Shown: one piece after another, positions 19,854-28,785 of the stretch
Numbering within the stretch: position 1 is the stretch's first letter
Layout of the letters: each line of letters starts with the position of its first letter
NCBI GenBank assembly: GCA_965217775.1
Contig: CBDCJH010000002.1
Coordinates: 6,016,001-6,080,000 of the forward strand
DNA length: 64,000 nucleotides
Origin: Acidobacteriota bacterium
GTDB lineage: Bacteria; Acidobacteriota; UBA6911; RPQK01; JAJDTT01
Direction of reading: 5' to 3'
The notes under the pieces: model-generated
What the model saw: only the letters and a program-made list of their open reading frames with translations
Databases searched by the model: none
Told to the model about the DNA's origin: nothing
Position numbers and translations under genes: made by a program

Positions 19854-22553
19854 TCAACTGCCCCCCTGATCCGTTCCGGGAAAGTACCGGTTGGCAAAGG
19901 ATCGGATGTGACTGGGTGTGACGTTCCGGATGACCGAAACGTACTCCCGCGGCGACCGGGAGTCGGTCTTGGAAAAGGCTTTCAAGGCGAGTTGAAGGAG
20001 CAGGTTCTGCCGATCCTGGCGGAGAGCGTGATGGTGAGTGATGGCGCCCACGATGGCGCTCAGGACGTCGTTCCTGGAGAACTGGACCTTGGGGAGGCTG
20101 GAGAGCAACGTCAACAACTCGCGGCGAGCCTCCCTCTCCCGCCCCTCGATGGACGACACCGAGGCGAAAAGGGCGCCCCGGCTCAGTGTCGACTGAAACT
20201 GGAGATCCGGGTCGGACAGTGCCGGGCTTCCCGCGGGCACCAGATCCCGGATCTGAGGACTCAGGAGAAGGTGTTTCCAGACGTCGGCGACGTAGGAGTC
20301 GCGGGTCCCAAAGGAGGGTCCGGGCAGTCCCACCATCACCACGCCCTCCCGCTCCACGACGGCCGGTTCGGGATCGGACGGACTCGGCTCCTCCTCGATC
20401 TCCTCTTCCTCATCCTTGCGCACCGCCCAGCGGCGCTGATAGCGGCTGTTGGCCAGTTGGGAGATGAAGTCATCCAGGAAGGAGGTCCCCTCGATATCTC
20501 CCAGGATGAAAATCCAGGGATGGACGCCCTGCATCCGAATCCGGAGCCATTCGTCGACTTTCTGCAGCTCCAACCGTGAGACCGACTCCCGCGTCCCCAG
20601 CCGGTCCAGGCCATACGGATGAGACCGGTAAAGGAGTGAGCGGGTCCTGCTAAGGGGCCGGGAACGCTCGTTATCCTGCCAGCTCCGGATATCGGCAAGC
20701 AGTTGTTGCCGTTCCAGGATCAGGGACTGCTTGTCCAGCGCCGACTCCCGGTACCAATCGATCAGAAATTCCAGAATTTCGGGAAGATGGCGGGAGAGTA
20801 CAGTGCAGCGAAGGCCGAAGAAATCCAGTTCGTTGACCACTTGGATGTCGGCGCCCATGAGCTCCAGGTCGTACCAGCGGAGCTCCCCCTTTTCTTCCAC
20901 GGTCTGGCGGAGTGTGCTGCGGACCATGAGCTCCGTGATCCCGGCGTTTCCAGCCGACTCCTGGATCCGGCCACCCGGAAAGAACACGCCCAGGTGAACC
21001 AGAGGCGCAGTATGCTCTTCCTGGAAGTAGACCGAAGGTCCTCTCAGGATCGACGTGGATTTGAACTCGGGCCGTGAAAACCGGGGCTGGAACCGAACCG
21101 GCGCGAAGTCATCGCCCCGCGCCGACTTCAGGGGAGAATCCTGCTGCCGGAGGGTTGCCGGCGGCACCAGCAGGTCCAACATCTCCTGGAAGGATGACGC
21201 CGAGAAGGTTCGTTTCTCCGCGGTCGCCGGGTAGTATTCCAAGACGGACAACCGGTCGAGCTTCAGGTACCTGGAAGCGGCTTCCCGCACCCGGGCCGGG
21301 GTCATGGACTGGACCCGGTCGACGGTTTCCGGTCCCTGCCAGAAGCGGCCGGCCGCCTCCATCCTGGCCTGACGGACCGCCCGCTGCCGAAGACTGTTCC
21401 GGTCCCGGTAGAGGTCCTTCACCAAGAGAGCCTTGGCCCGGTTGAGCAGGCCCGGCGTGATCCCCTGCTGCTTGATGTCCTCCACCACCGCCAGGGTTTC
21501 GACTTCCACCCGGTCGATCCGGCCGGGGGAAGCCGCCAGGGAGACCCAGAAGAGGCCCGTCCCGGAATCGGCCTCCACCCGGGACTGAGACCAAACGGCC
21601 GTTCCCGGTTGGACCAGCCTCTGGTGGAGCAAGGAGCTTTTCCCTTGACCGAGAAGGTATGCCAAGAGAAGCAGGGCCTCGTGATCGGGGTGGGCGAGAC
21701 CCGGAACACTGTAGCCTAGCAGTACGTGGGCCTGCTGCAGCTTGCCCGTCAGGTGATGGTAGGTCAGGCGCGTCACGGAGGGACGCCAGGGCTTGCTTTC
21801 AGGCTTCGTCGACCGCCGCCGGACCCGCTCCTTCCCCGCCGGACGGCTGCCATAGATGCGGGCCACGTGTTCCAGCACCTGGTTTCGCAGCACGGCGCCG
21901 GAGACGGACAGAATCAACCGGGACGGATGATAGCGCTCCCGGTGCAGCCGGACCAACGCCTGGTGGGGATCGTCCGCGCGGGTCGCCGGTCCCACCCCGG
22001 GCAGAAGTCCCTCCAGCAATCTGGCCCGGGACAACTCCCGCGGAGAGTGCCGGAGCATGCGGTCCTGATCCTGCACCGCCGCCACGGCCCGCTCCAACTC
22101 CTGGGCCGTTGGAGCCGGCGAGTCCAGCAGGTGGGCATGAGCCTTCAGCGCGTCTTCCAGATGGGCGGCGGGAGCCGTCGAGACAAAAGACGGTCCCGTG
22201 AGTCCCGCTTCAGGTCTCAGCTTCAAGGCCGCCTCGAAACTCAGGGTCTTGAGCTTTTCGTTGTTCAAGAGAAGCTCGGACAGCAACCTCTCCCGGCGCC
22301 GGTCGTCCGGAGCCCCGGCGGACCCGCGCAGATGCGTGACCACGGACGCCAGGGGAGCTGCGGGATGTTCTTCGATCAGGAGGGTCAGGCCGTTCCTGAA
22401 AACGACCCGAATCAGGTTCTGCCGGTCCTCCCGGTGAGTCAAGCTCCGCTCATACTCGGGCCGGGGGAGGTCCCGGCGTCCGGCCTGGCCTTCGGCCCCG
22501 GAAACGGGCAGGCTCAAGATCAGAAACGAGAGTCCGAAAACCAACGCTCTCAT
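19854..22553 (-). CDS. M16 (insulinase-fold) protein, probably catalytically inactive
   Basis: Signal peptide, NGLTL, YHPSRLILSVSG, HPYG; no HxxEH motif. Confidence 0.8.
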   Translation of the reverse strand: MRALVFGLSFLILSLPVSGAEGQAGRRDLPRPEYERSLTHREDRQNLIRVVFRNGLTLLIEEHPAAPLASVVTHLRGSAGAPDDRRRERLLSELLLNNEKLKTLSFEAALKLRPEAGLTGPSFVSTAPAAHLEDALKAHAHLLDSPAPTAQELERAVAAVQDQDRMLRHSPRELSRARLLEGLLPGVGPATRADDPHQALVRLHRERYHPSRLILSVSGAVLRNQVLEHVARIYGSRPAGKERVRRRSTKPESKPWRPSVTRLTYHHLTGKLQQAHVLLGYSVPGLAHPDHEALLLLAYLLGQGKSSLLHQRLVQPGTAVWSQSRVEADSGTGLFWVSLAASPGRIDRVEVETLAVVEDIKQQGITPGLLNRAKALLVKDLYRDRNSLRQRAVRQARMEAAGRFWQGPETVDRVQSMTPARVREAASRYLKLDRLSVLEYYPATAEKRTFSASSFQEMLDLLVPPATLRQQDSPLKSARGDDFAPVRFQPRFSRPEFKSTSILRGPSVYFQEEHTAPLVHLGVFFPGGRIQESAGNAGITELMVRSTLRQTVEEKGELRWYDLELMGADIQVVNELDFFGLRCTVLSRHLPEILEFLIDWYRESALDKQSLILERQQLLADIRSWQDNERSRPLSRTRSLLYRSHPYGLDRLGTRESVSRLELQKVDEWLRIRMQGVHPWIFILGDIEGTSFLDDFISQLANSRYQRRWAVRKDEEEEIEEEPSPSDPEPAVVEREGVVMVGLPGPSFGTRDSYVADVWKHLLLSPQIRDLVPAGSPALSDPDLQFQSTLSRGALFASVSSIEGREREARRELLTLLSSLPKVQFSRNDVLSAIVGAITHHHALRQDRQNLLLQLALKAFSKTDSRSPREYVSVIRNVTPSHIRSFANRYFPGTDQGGS

Positions 22554-22628
22554 GTTGAAATCGTAGCAATCGGGGGTTCCGAACTCAATTTGGATTTGGA
22601 CGCGGGACTCGGGTATCGTAGATCTGTG

Positions 22629-23225
22629 ATGAAGGCGAAAACACTGGACCAAGGGGACCTGATAGAGGGCCTCAAGAGCCGGGACACCAAGGTCATCGAC
22701 ACCTTCGTGGATCAGTTTTCCCGCCCTCTCTTCGGGGTCATTCTCAACTACACCAAGAACCCGTCCGACGCCGAGGAGATCCTCCAGGACACGCTGCTCA
22801 GGGTCATCCGCAAGATCGACACCTTCCGGCAACAGAGCGATATCTGGCCCTGGATGAAGAGGATCGCCGTGAACAACAGCATCATGTGGCTCCGCAAGCG
22901 CAAGCGACAGCGGGAGATCCAATGGGACGACTGGATGCCCCGTTTCCGGGAGAACGGCGAACTGGCATACCCGATCTTCGGCTGGACCGGGGATCCGGAA
23001 GAGCTTTTCCTGAATCGGGAGCTGTCGGCGCAACTCTACCGGGCCATACAGTCCCTGCCCTTCGCATATCGGGCGCCGGTCGTGCTCCGGGATATCGACG
23101 GATATCCGATTCGGCAGATCGCTTCCCTGTTGGGGCTGAAGGAGGCCACCACCAAGACCAGGATTCATCGAGCTCGGCTCTTCTTGCGGGAGAAGTTGGC
23201 TCGCTACCATGACGGGAGGACATGA
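22629..23225 (+). CDS. ECF RNA polymerase sigma factor
   Basis: DAEEILQD, W..RIAVN, LP..YR.PVVLRD, TKTRIHRAR. Confidence 0.92.
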   Translation: MKAKTLDQGDLIEGLKSRDTKVIDTFVDQFSRPLFGVILNYTKNPSDAEEILQDTLLRVIRKIDTFRQQSDIWPWMKRIAVNNSIMWLRKRKRQREIQWDDWMPRFRENGELAYPIFGWTGDPEELFLNRELSAQLYRAIQSLPFAYRAPVVLRDIDGYPIRQIASLLGLKEATTKTRIHRARLFLREKLARYHDGRT

Positions 23226-23536
23226 ATTTCAGAAATCGGCGCTCTGAACTGCTCACCTGCAAGGAGTGCATCCACCTGCTTCTGGACTACGCCGACGGCT
23301 CCATGGTCCCCGAGGTCCGGCGCAAACTGGATGAACACCTGTCCGCCTGTCCCCCCTGTCAGCACTATCTCCGCAGCTACACTTCCTGTACGGAAATGGT
23401 TCAACAGCTACGAGACCAGGAGGCGCAAATTCCCGCGGAACTCCAGCATCGCCTCAAGTCGTTTCTGAGGGAGCAGGTGAACCTGCCGTGGCCGCAGCCA
23501 CGCCGCCGGCGGGCGAAGTGGTCCAAGAGATTCTGA
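23222..23536 (+). CDS. Zinc-finger (ZAS) anti-sigma factor
   Basis: HLSACPPC motif; ATGA overlap with the sigma gene. Confidence 0.88.
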   Translation: MNFRNRRSELLTCKECIHLLLDYADGSMVPEVRRKLDEHLSACPPCQHYLRSYTSCTEMVQQLRDQEAQIPAELQHRLKSFLREQVNLPWPQPRRRRAKWSKRF

Positions 23537-23541
23537 TCCGG

Positions 23542-23612
23542 CAGTCCGTGGTGAAAGTCGCGCGAGCACCGAGACCGTTCCTGCGCCCGCCGGACAAGGC
23601 GCGATGAGGGAG
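23542..23612 (-). mobile_element. 158-bp palindromic miniature element, half of a copy split by IS110
   Basis: Reverse complement of the 3' part of the intact copies; the other half is at 25201-25287 (71+87=158). Confidence 0.9.
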
Positions 23613-23667
23613 TATCCATGTTGCAAATCTTCCGATTTTCCAGGGATTGTTTCCTCCCTGGTTAGAC

Positions 23668-24621
23668 TCATCCGACCGCCCTGACTGGCCGCGGTGTCCA
23701 CACCCGATCCTGGCTCAGCAGGACGTTGGCCAAAATCACCATCTTGCGCATGATCGCCGTGAGCGCCACCTTCGGCGCCTTGCCCCGCTCACGCAGCTGG
23801 CGATACTTCTGGATGTAGTCCGGATTGTGTCGAATGGCGGTGAGGGCGGCCATATACAGCATCCGCCGCACCCGATGCCGGCCCCCGCGGATGAAGCGAC
23901 GTCCCTTCCAGGTCCCCGACTCCCGAGCCACCGGCGCCAGACCGGCCAAGCTGGCCACCGCCTTGGAGTCGATCTGTCCCAGTTCCGGCATCAGAGAGAG
24001 CAGGCCCGCGACCGTGACCGGACCCATTCCCGGAATCGAAGTCAGCACTTCGGCTTTGCGCGCCAGCGCCGGATCGGCTTTCAGCAACTTGCGGAACTCG
24101 CCGTCCAGGGCCCGGATCTGGCGCTCAATCTGAGCCAGCCGCTGTCGCAAATGCCGCTTCACCATCGGGTGGCGCGCGTGGTGGCTCCGGTTGCGAGCCG
24201 CCGTCCGATCCTTCACCAGCCCGTCCCGCGCCGAGATCAGTTCCTCCAACTGGCGCTGCGTGGGCGAGGACACGTCCACACGCCGCAACGGGAGCGCCTC
24301 CCCCATCCGGGCCAGGATCCGGGCATCCACCGCATCGGTCTTGGCCTCCTGGCCCAGCGCCTGCGCGAACCGCCGCGCCCGCATCGCGTTGACCCGAGCC
24401 AGCGGCAACCGAGCGGCCAGAGCTTCCTCCATCGCCCGGTGCCAGGGGCCCGTGGACTCATACACCACGCACCGGACCTCCGGTCCGATCCAGCGGGCCA
24501 GGGCCTGGAACCCTGCCGTGTCGTTGGGGAACCGCTTCGACCGTCCCGAAGGCCACTCGTGCACGTCCAAATGCGCCTTCGAGATGTCCACACCCACCGT
24601 CTTTGAGGTATCTTGAGTCAT
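23668..24621 (-). CDS. IS110 DEDD recombinase/transposase
   Basis: GVDISK, YESTG, KTDAVDA, SIPGMG, GLAP..RESG. Confidence 0.96.
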   Translation of the reverse strand: MTQDTSKTVGVDISKAHLDVHEWPSGRSKRFPNDTAGFQALARWIGPEVRCVVYESTGPWHRAMEEALAARLPLARVNAMRARRFAQALGQEAKTDAVDARILARMGEALPLRRVDVSSPTQRQLEELISARDGLVKDRTAARNRSHHARHPMVKRHLRQRLAQIERQIRALDGEFRKLLKADPALARKAEVLTSIPGMGPVTVAGLLSLMPELGQIDSKAVASLAGLAPVARESGTWKGRRFIRGGRHRVRRMLYMAALTAIRHNPDYIQKYRQLRERGKAPKVALTAIMRKMVILANVLLSQDRVWTPRPVRAVG

Positions 24622-24629
24622 CTTTCCTT

Positions 24630-24790
24630 CCTCCTGTGCTTGTCGTGCGAGCCTTGACGCTCACGTATCCATTCAGGACGTTGGGAAAGACGGTGGCGGC
24701 CCCACTCCCTCCCGGCCCTTGACGGCCGGCATACATAACGGCCCGACCACCGCCGCCGAGGCGCCTCTGGCCAGAGGCGCCTCGGATGGA
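24630..24790 (-). ncRNA. Predicted IS110 bridge RNA
   Basis: 5' 30-bp palindrome, then two stem-internal loop-hairpin modules both capped by GTCAAG; loop strands match the target and donor junctions. Confidence 0.75.
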
Positions 24791-25053
24791 TCCTCCCAAA
24801 AGATCCCAACCCGTATCGGAATAACCCACCAGAAATCATGCCGGCGCCACCGAGCCAAGCCTGGACGATGGCTGGGTCACGGCCCTGCGCCTGCTGTCGC
24901 CACTGGCGGCGTTGACGGGGGCAGGGGGGGCCGGCCCCCCCTGAGACCCCCCGGATGCAAAGAGACACATACCCACTTGAAATCCCTGAAACGAGAGCCC
25001 CGAGGCCCCCTCGTCACCCGGAACCCGCCTGTGGAAAATCAAAGATTTCCCAC

Positions 25054-25200
25054 AGGGTGCTCCCTTTTTGCTGACACCACAATCTGTACCCCCCCAAGAA
25101 GAAAGACAGACAAGAAATAACAGACAAGGGTGCTCCCTTTTTGCTGACACCACAATCTGTACCCCCCAAGAAGAAAGACAGACAAGAAATAACAGACAAG
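25054..25200. repeat. Two-copy ~73-bp tandem duplication of the IS110 left end
   Basis: 25054-25126 and 25127-25198 are identical except for one C in a homopolymer. Confidence 0.92.
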
Positions 25201-25287
25201 CATACCGGGAGTATGTGACCGAGTCGCAACGCAGTCCGCCGGGATGCAGGGACGGTCGAATGCCGTGACGACTTTTGCCACGGACTG
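25201..25287 (-). mobile_element. 158-bp palindromic miniature element, other half of the split copy
   Basis: Reverse complement of the 5' part of the intact copies. Confidence 0.9.
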
Positions 25288-25303
25288 CCGAGACGCGGCG
25301 GGA

Positions 25304-26323
25304 TCAGAGAGACAGGCTCTCCACCTCCCGGGCCAGCTTCGAGTCGACGTTGGCGCCGCTGGCAATGAGGCAGACGCTGTCCCAGGACCAGGGTTCGCCG
25401 GCTCTCGACTGCCGCCGGAGCTTCAGGGCCGCGGCCAGGGCGGCGGCGCCGGCGCCCTCGGGCAAGGTCCCCGTGACCTCCTGGAAGAGGCGCATGGCTC
25501 GCTTCAACTCGGTTTCGGAGACCAGAACCATCCGGTCCACCACCTCCAGCATCAGCTCCACGGCTTCGGGGATGGCGACTCTGACCGCCATGCCGCCGGC
25601 GAAGGTTTCGGCTGTGGCGGTGTCCGTCGGCCTGCCGTTGGCGAAGGACAAGGCCATGCAGGGAGCTTCTTCCGACTGGATCCCGATGATCTGAACCGCC
25701 GGGTTCGCCGCCTTCAGACTGCTGGCGAGCCCTCCGATCAGCGCGCCGTTTCCGACCGGTACGAAGACCGCCTCCAAGCCGGGCTGCTGGGTGGCCAGCT
25801 CCAGCCCTATGGTCGAAGTTCCCTCGACGATCCGGGCCGACTTCCCATCCTCGATGAAACGATGACCCGGTTCAAAATCTCGTGCCAGCAACAATTCCTT
25901 GCCTTCGTCCAGGTCCCGTCCCAGCAGCTCCAGATCGGCGCCGAACTCCCGGATCAGCGCCAACTTGCTCTCATCCGCCCCCACCGGCGCCACCACGGTC
26001 AGCGCCATCCCGTACTGCCGGCAGGCGTAGGCCATGGCCGCACCATGGTTCCCGGTCGAAACCGTATAGAGCCGGGAGATTTCGGGATCGGAAACCAGAT
26101 CGGCCACCAGGTTCAAGGCGCCGCGGATCTTGAAGGATCGGACCGGACTCTCGTACTCATGCTTGACGTAGACTTTGGTCCCCAGGAGCCGGGACAGGTC
26201 ATCCTCCAGGGTCAAACGAGTCGGCGGCACCCACCGGCGGACCTCTTCCAATGCGGCCAGCGATCGCTCCGGCGACGGTCTCAGCCCGGCCATTTCAGCA
26301 CCACCCCCGCCTTGGGCGTTCAC
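25304..26323 (-). CDS. PLP-dependent threonine/serine dehydratase family
   Basis: SFKIRGA, STGNHG, VPVGNGALI, SGAN. Confidence 0.9.
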   Translation of the reverse strand: MNAQGGGGAEMAGLRPSPERSLAALEEVRRWVPPTRLTLEDDLSRLLGTKVYVKHEYESPVRSFKIRGALNLVADLVSDPEISRLYTVSTGNHGAAMAYACRQYGMALTVVAPVGADESKLALIREFGADLELLGRDLDEGKELLLARDFEPGHRFIEDGKSARIVEGTSTIGLELATQQPGLEAVFVPVGNGALIGGLASSLKAANPAVQIIGIQSEEAPCMALSFANGRPTDTATAETFAGGMAVRVAIPEAVELMLEVVDRMVLVSETELKRAMRLFQEVTGTLPEGAGAAALAAALKLRRQSRAGEPWSWDSVCLIASGANVDSKLAREVESLSL

Positions 26324-26546
26324 GTTGGTCTCGACCGCGGTTCGCGGATCTGACCAAATCGGTCAACACCATCGAATCGAGGAGAAAAATCCGGCTCCAA
26401 TCCATAGTCCCCTCCGGTTGTGAAAAGATCGAAGTCATCACGATGCGCCGCCAGGAAGAAAACCACATGTCTCGTCCCAGTTCCAGGCCGTGGCATTGGA
26501 CAACCTTCGAAGCCGATGGTCACAATGGTAGGGAGGAGTCACCAGA

Positions 26547-27227
26547 ATGTTCCTGAAAGTGAGGAGGTGGACGATGAGACATCTTTTCGGGATCGGCTTG
26601 ACCGGGATTTTTCTTTCGGCGCTCCTGTTCGGTCCTGGCGCTTGGGCACAGTTGGCGAGCGATGACTCGGTCACGGGAGGCGCGGATTCGGCCACGGCGA
26701 CGCTGGCCGGTGGATGTTTCTGGTGCGTCGAAGCGGACCTCGAGAAGGTCGAAGGCGTCAAGGAGGTGATCTCGGGCTACGCCGGCGGGGCTGAGGTGAA
26801 TCCGACCTACAAGCAGGTCTCCGCCGGCAGGACCGGCCACGTCGAGGCGGTGCAGGCCATCTACGATCCCGCCCGCGTGACGTTCAGTCAATTGCTGGAG
26901 GTGTTCTGGAAACACGTCGATCCCACCGACGCCGGCGGCCAGTTCGTGGACCGGGGACCCCACTACCGGACGCTCGTCTTCTACGAGGACCAGATGCAGC
27001 GGAAGCTGGCCGAGGAATCGAAGCAGCGGCTGGAGGAATCCGGCGTGTTCGATCGGCCCATCGTGACCGAGATCAGAGAGCTCAACCGGTTCTACCGGGC
27101 CGAGGAGTATCACCAGGACTACTACAAGAAGAACGCCTTTCGGTACCGCTACTATCGTTGGAACTCGGGGCGGGATCAGTTCCTGGAACGGGTCTGGAAG
27201 GGACGACAGGTAAAACTGTCCGAGTAA
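26547..27227 (+). CDS. msrA: Exported peptide-methionine (S)-S-oxide reductase
   Basis: GGCFWC, GQFVDRG, AEEYHQDYY; signal peptide. Confidence 0.95.
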   Translation: MFLKVRRWTMRHLFGIGLTGIFLSALLFGPGAWAQLASDDSVTGGADSATATLAGGCFWCVEADLEKVEGVKEVISGYAGGAEVNPTYKQVSAGRTGHVEAVQAIYDPARVTFSQLLEVFWKHVDPTDAGGQFVDRGPHYRTLVFYEDQMQRKLAEESKQRLEESGVFDRPIVTEIRELNRFYRAEEYHQDYYKKNAFRYRYYRWNSGRDQFLERVWKGRQVKLSE

Positions 27228-27252
27228 GCGGGCGATCCGCGTTCCCGCTGAG

Positions 27253-28434
27253 ATGCGGTTCATCGGCGACATTCCGGTGTGGGGCGATCCCCAGAAAAAC
27301 GCCGTTCTTCAGATGAAGAATTGCGCCGGGGAGGCGGAGAGTTGCGCGCTGATGGCGGACCACCATCTGGGTTATGCGGTCCCTATCGGCGGAGTCATCG
27401 CCTACGAGGGCCGCGTCAGCCCTTCAGGCGTCGGGTTCGACATCGCCTGCGGCAACAAGGCGGTCCGTCTCGATTGCGATCACCGGGACATCCGGCAGAA
27501 CATCCCGTCCATCATGGATGAGATCTGGAAGTCCCTCTCCTTCGGTGTGGGCCGGGTCAACCGGAAGCCCGTCGGCCACGACCTCTTCGACGACGATCCG
27601 GCCTGGAAGATTCCGGTGGCGGAGCGTCTGAAACCGGTCGCCAGAAAACAACTGGGCACTATCGGCAGCGGCAACCACTATGTCGACCTCTTCTCCGACG
27701 AGCAGGAGCGGATCTGGGTCGGAGTGCACTTCGGGTCGCGCGGTTTGGGCCACAAGCTGGCCAGTCACTTCATCAAGGCCGGGGGAGGCAAGAACGGGAT
27801 GCACGTGGATCCGGTGCTCCTGGACGTGGAGACCGAACTGGGGGCCGAATACGTGGCGTGCATGGAGTTGGCGGGCCGCTATGCCTACGCGGGCCGGGAT
27901 TGGGTCTGCGAAACGGTCGCTTCCATTTTGGGAGCGGAGATCCTGGAAGAAGTCCACAATCACCACAATTTCGCCTGGGAAGAAGAGCATGACGGCCGCC
28001 GCTTGTGGGTGGTGCGAAAGGGCGCCACTCCCGCCTTTCCCGGACAAAAGGGATTCGTCGGGGGTTCCATGGGCGATCGCTCCGTGATCCTGGAAGGAGT
28101 CGACTCCGGAGAGAGCGAGCAGGCCCTCTACTCCACCGTCCACGGCGCCGGCCGGGTCATGTCCCGGACCCGTGCCGCCGGCAAGACCCGATTCAAGAAG
28201 GGGAAGCGGGTCCGCATCTCGGCGGGGGAAATCAGCCGGGACATGATGTTGGCCTGGATCCGCGGCATGGGAGTGGAGCTCCGCGGGGCCGGCACCGACG
28301 AATCGCCCCATTGCTACAAACGGCTGCCCGAGGTCCTGAACGCGCACCGGGGCACCATCAAGATCCTGCACACCCTCGACCCCATCGGCGTGGCCATGGC
28401 CGCCTCGGGCGAGTTTGATCCCTATCGGGATTGA
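27253..28434 (+). CDS. rtcB: RNA ligase RtcB family
   Basis: GFDIACG, GSGNHY, HFGSRG, HNFA, HGAGR. Confidence 0.95.
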   Translation: MRFIGDIPVWGDPQKNAVLQMKNCAGEAESCALMADHHLGYAVPIGGVIAYEGRVSPSGVGFDIACGNKAVRLDCDHRDIRQNIPSIMDEIWKSLSFGVGRVNRKPVGHDLFDDDPAWKIPVAERLKPVARKQLGTIGSGNHYVDLFSDEQERIWVGVHFGSRGLGHKLASHFIKAGGGKNGMHVDPVLLDVETELGAEYVACMELAGRYAYAGRDWVCETVASILGAEILEEVHNHHNFAWEEEHDGRRLWVVRKGATPAFPGQKGFVGGSMGDRSVILEGVDSGESEQALYSTVHGAGRVMSRTRAAGKTRFKKGKRVRISAGEISRDMMLAWIRGMGVELRGAGTDESPHCYKRLPEVLNAHRGTIKILHTLDPIGVAMAASGEFDPYRD

Positions 28435-28592
28435 AGCGGCGGCTTCATCCGGGACACCGTCTGCCGAACGTTCCGGTGGAACTCTCCCACCTTGCATTCT
28501 TCAGGCTGGGCCGCCATCGCCTACGCCCCATCCCGATCCGGCGAGTTTCGGGACCGGTGCCGGACGACGTGTTACATTGAGGCCTGAGCTAC

Positions 28593-28740
28593 AGTGAGTT
28601 CACGAACGTCATGTGGCGGGTGGCGGATCTGGTGCGGGACACCTTCAAGCGCGGCAAGTACCTGGACGTCATCCTGGGGCTCACGGTTGTGCTCCGTCGG
28701 CTCGAATGCGTGCTGCTGGCTCGCACCAAGCCGAAGGTTT
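28593..28740 (+). pseudogene. N-terminal fragment of a second, different HsdM
   Basis: Reads MWRVADLVRDTFKRGKYLDVILGLTVVLRRLECVL. Confidence 0.7.
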
Positions 28741-28785
28741 CATCCCCTACGCCCCTGATCTCCATGCCCACTTACTGATCCAGCC

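Larger units (their letters stand above)
23613..25200 (-). mobile_element. IS110-family element inserted in the palindromic element
   Basis: Removing it restores the 158-bp element; CT core (AG on +) at both junctions, 23611-12 and 25199-200. Confidence 0.9.

Noticed and set aside
25054-25200. Possible CRISPR array
   Set aside because: Two identical units, no unique spacers, no cas genes; it is a duplicated IS end
27253-28434. RtcB as part of the R-M island (ribotoxin repair)
   Set aside because: It follows msrA closely, lies outside the bracketing repeat, and no PrrC-like gene is seen
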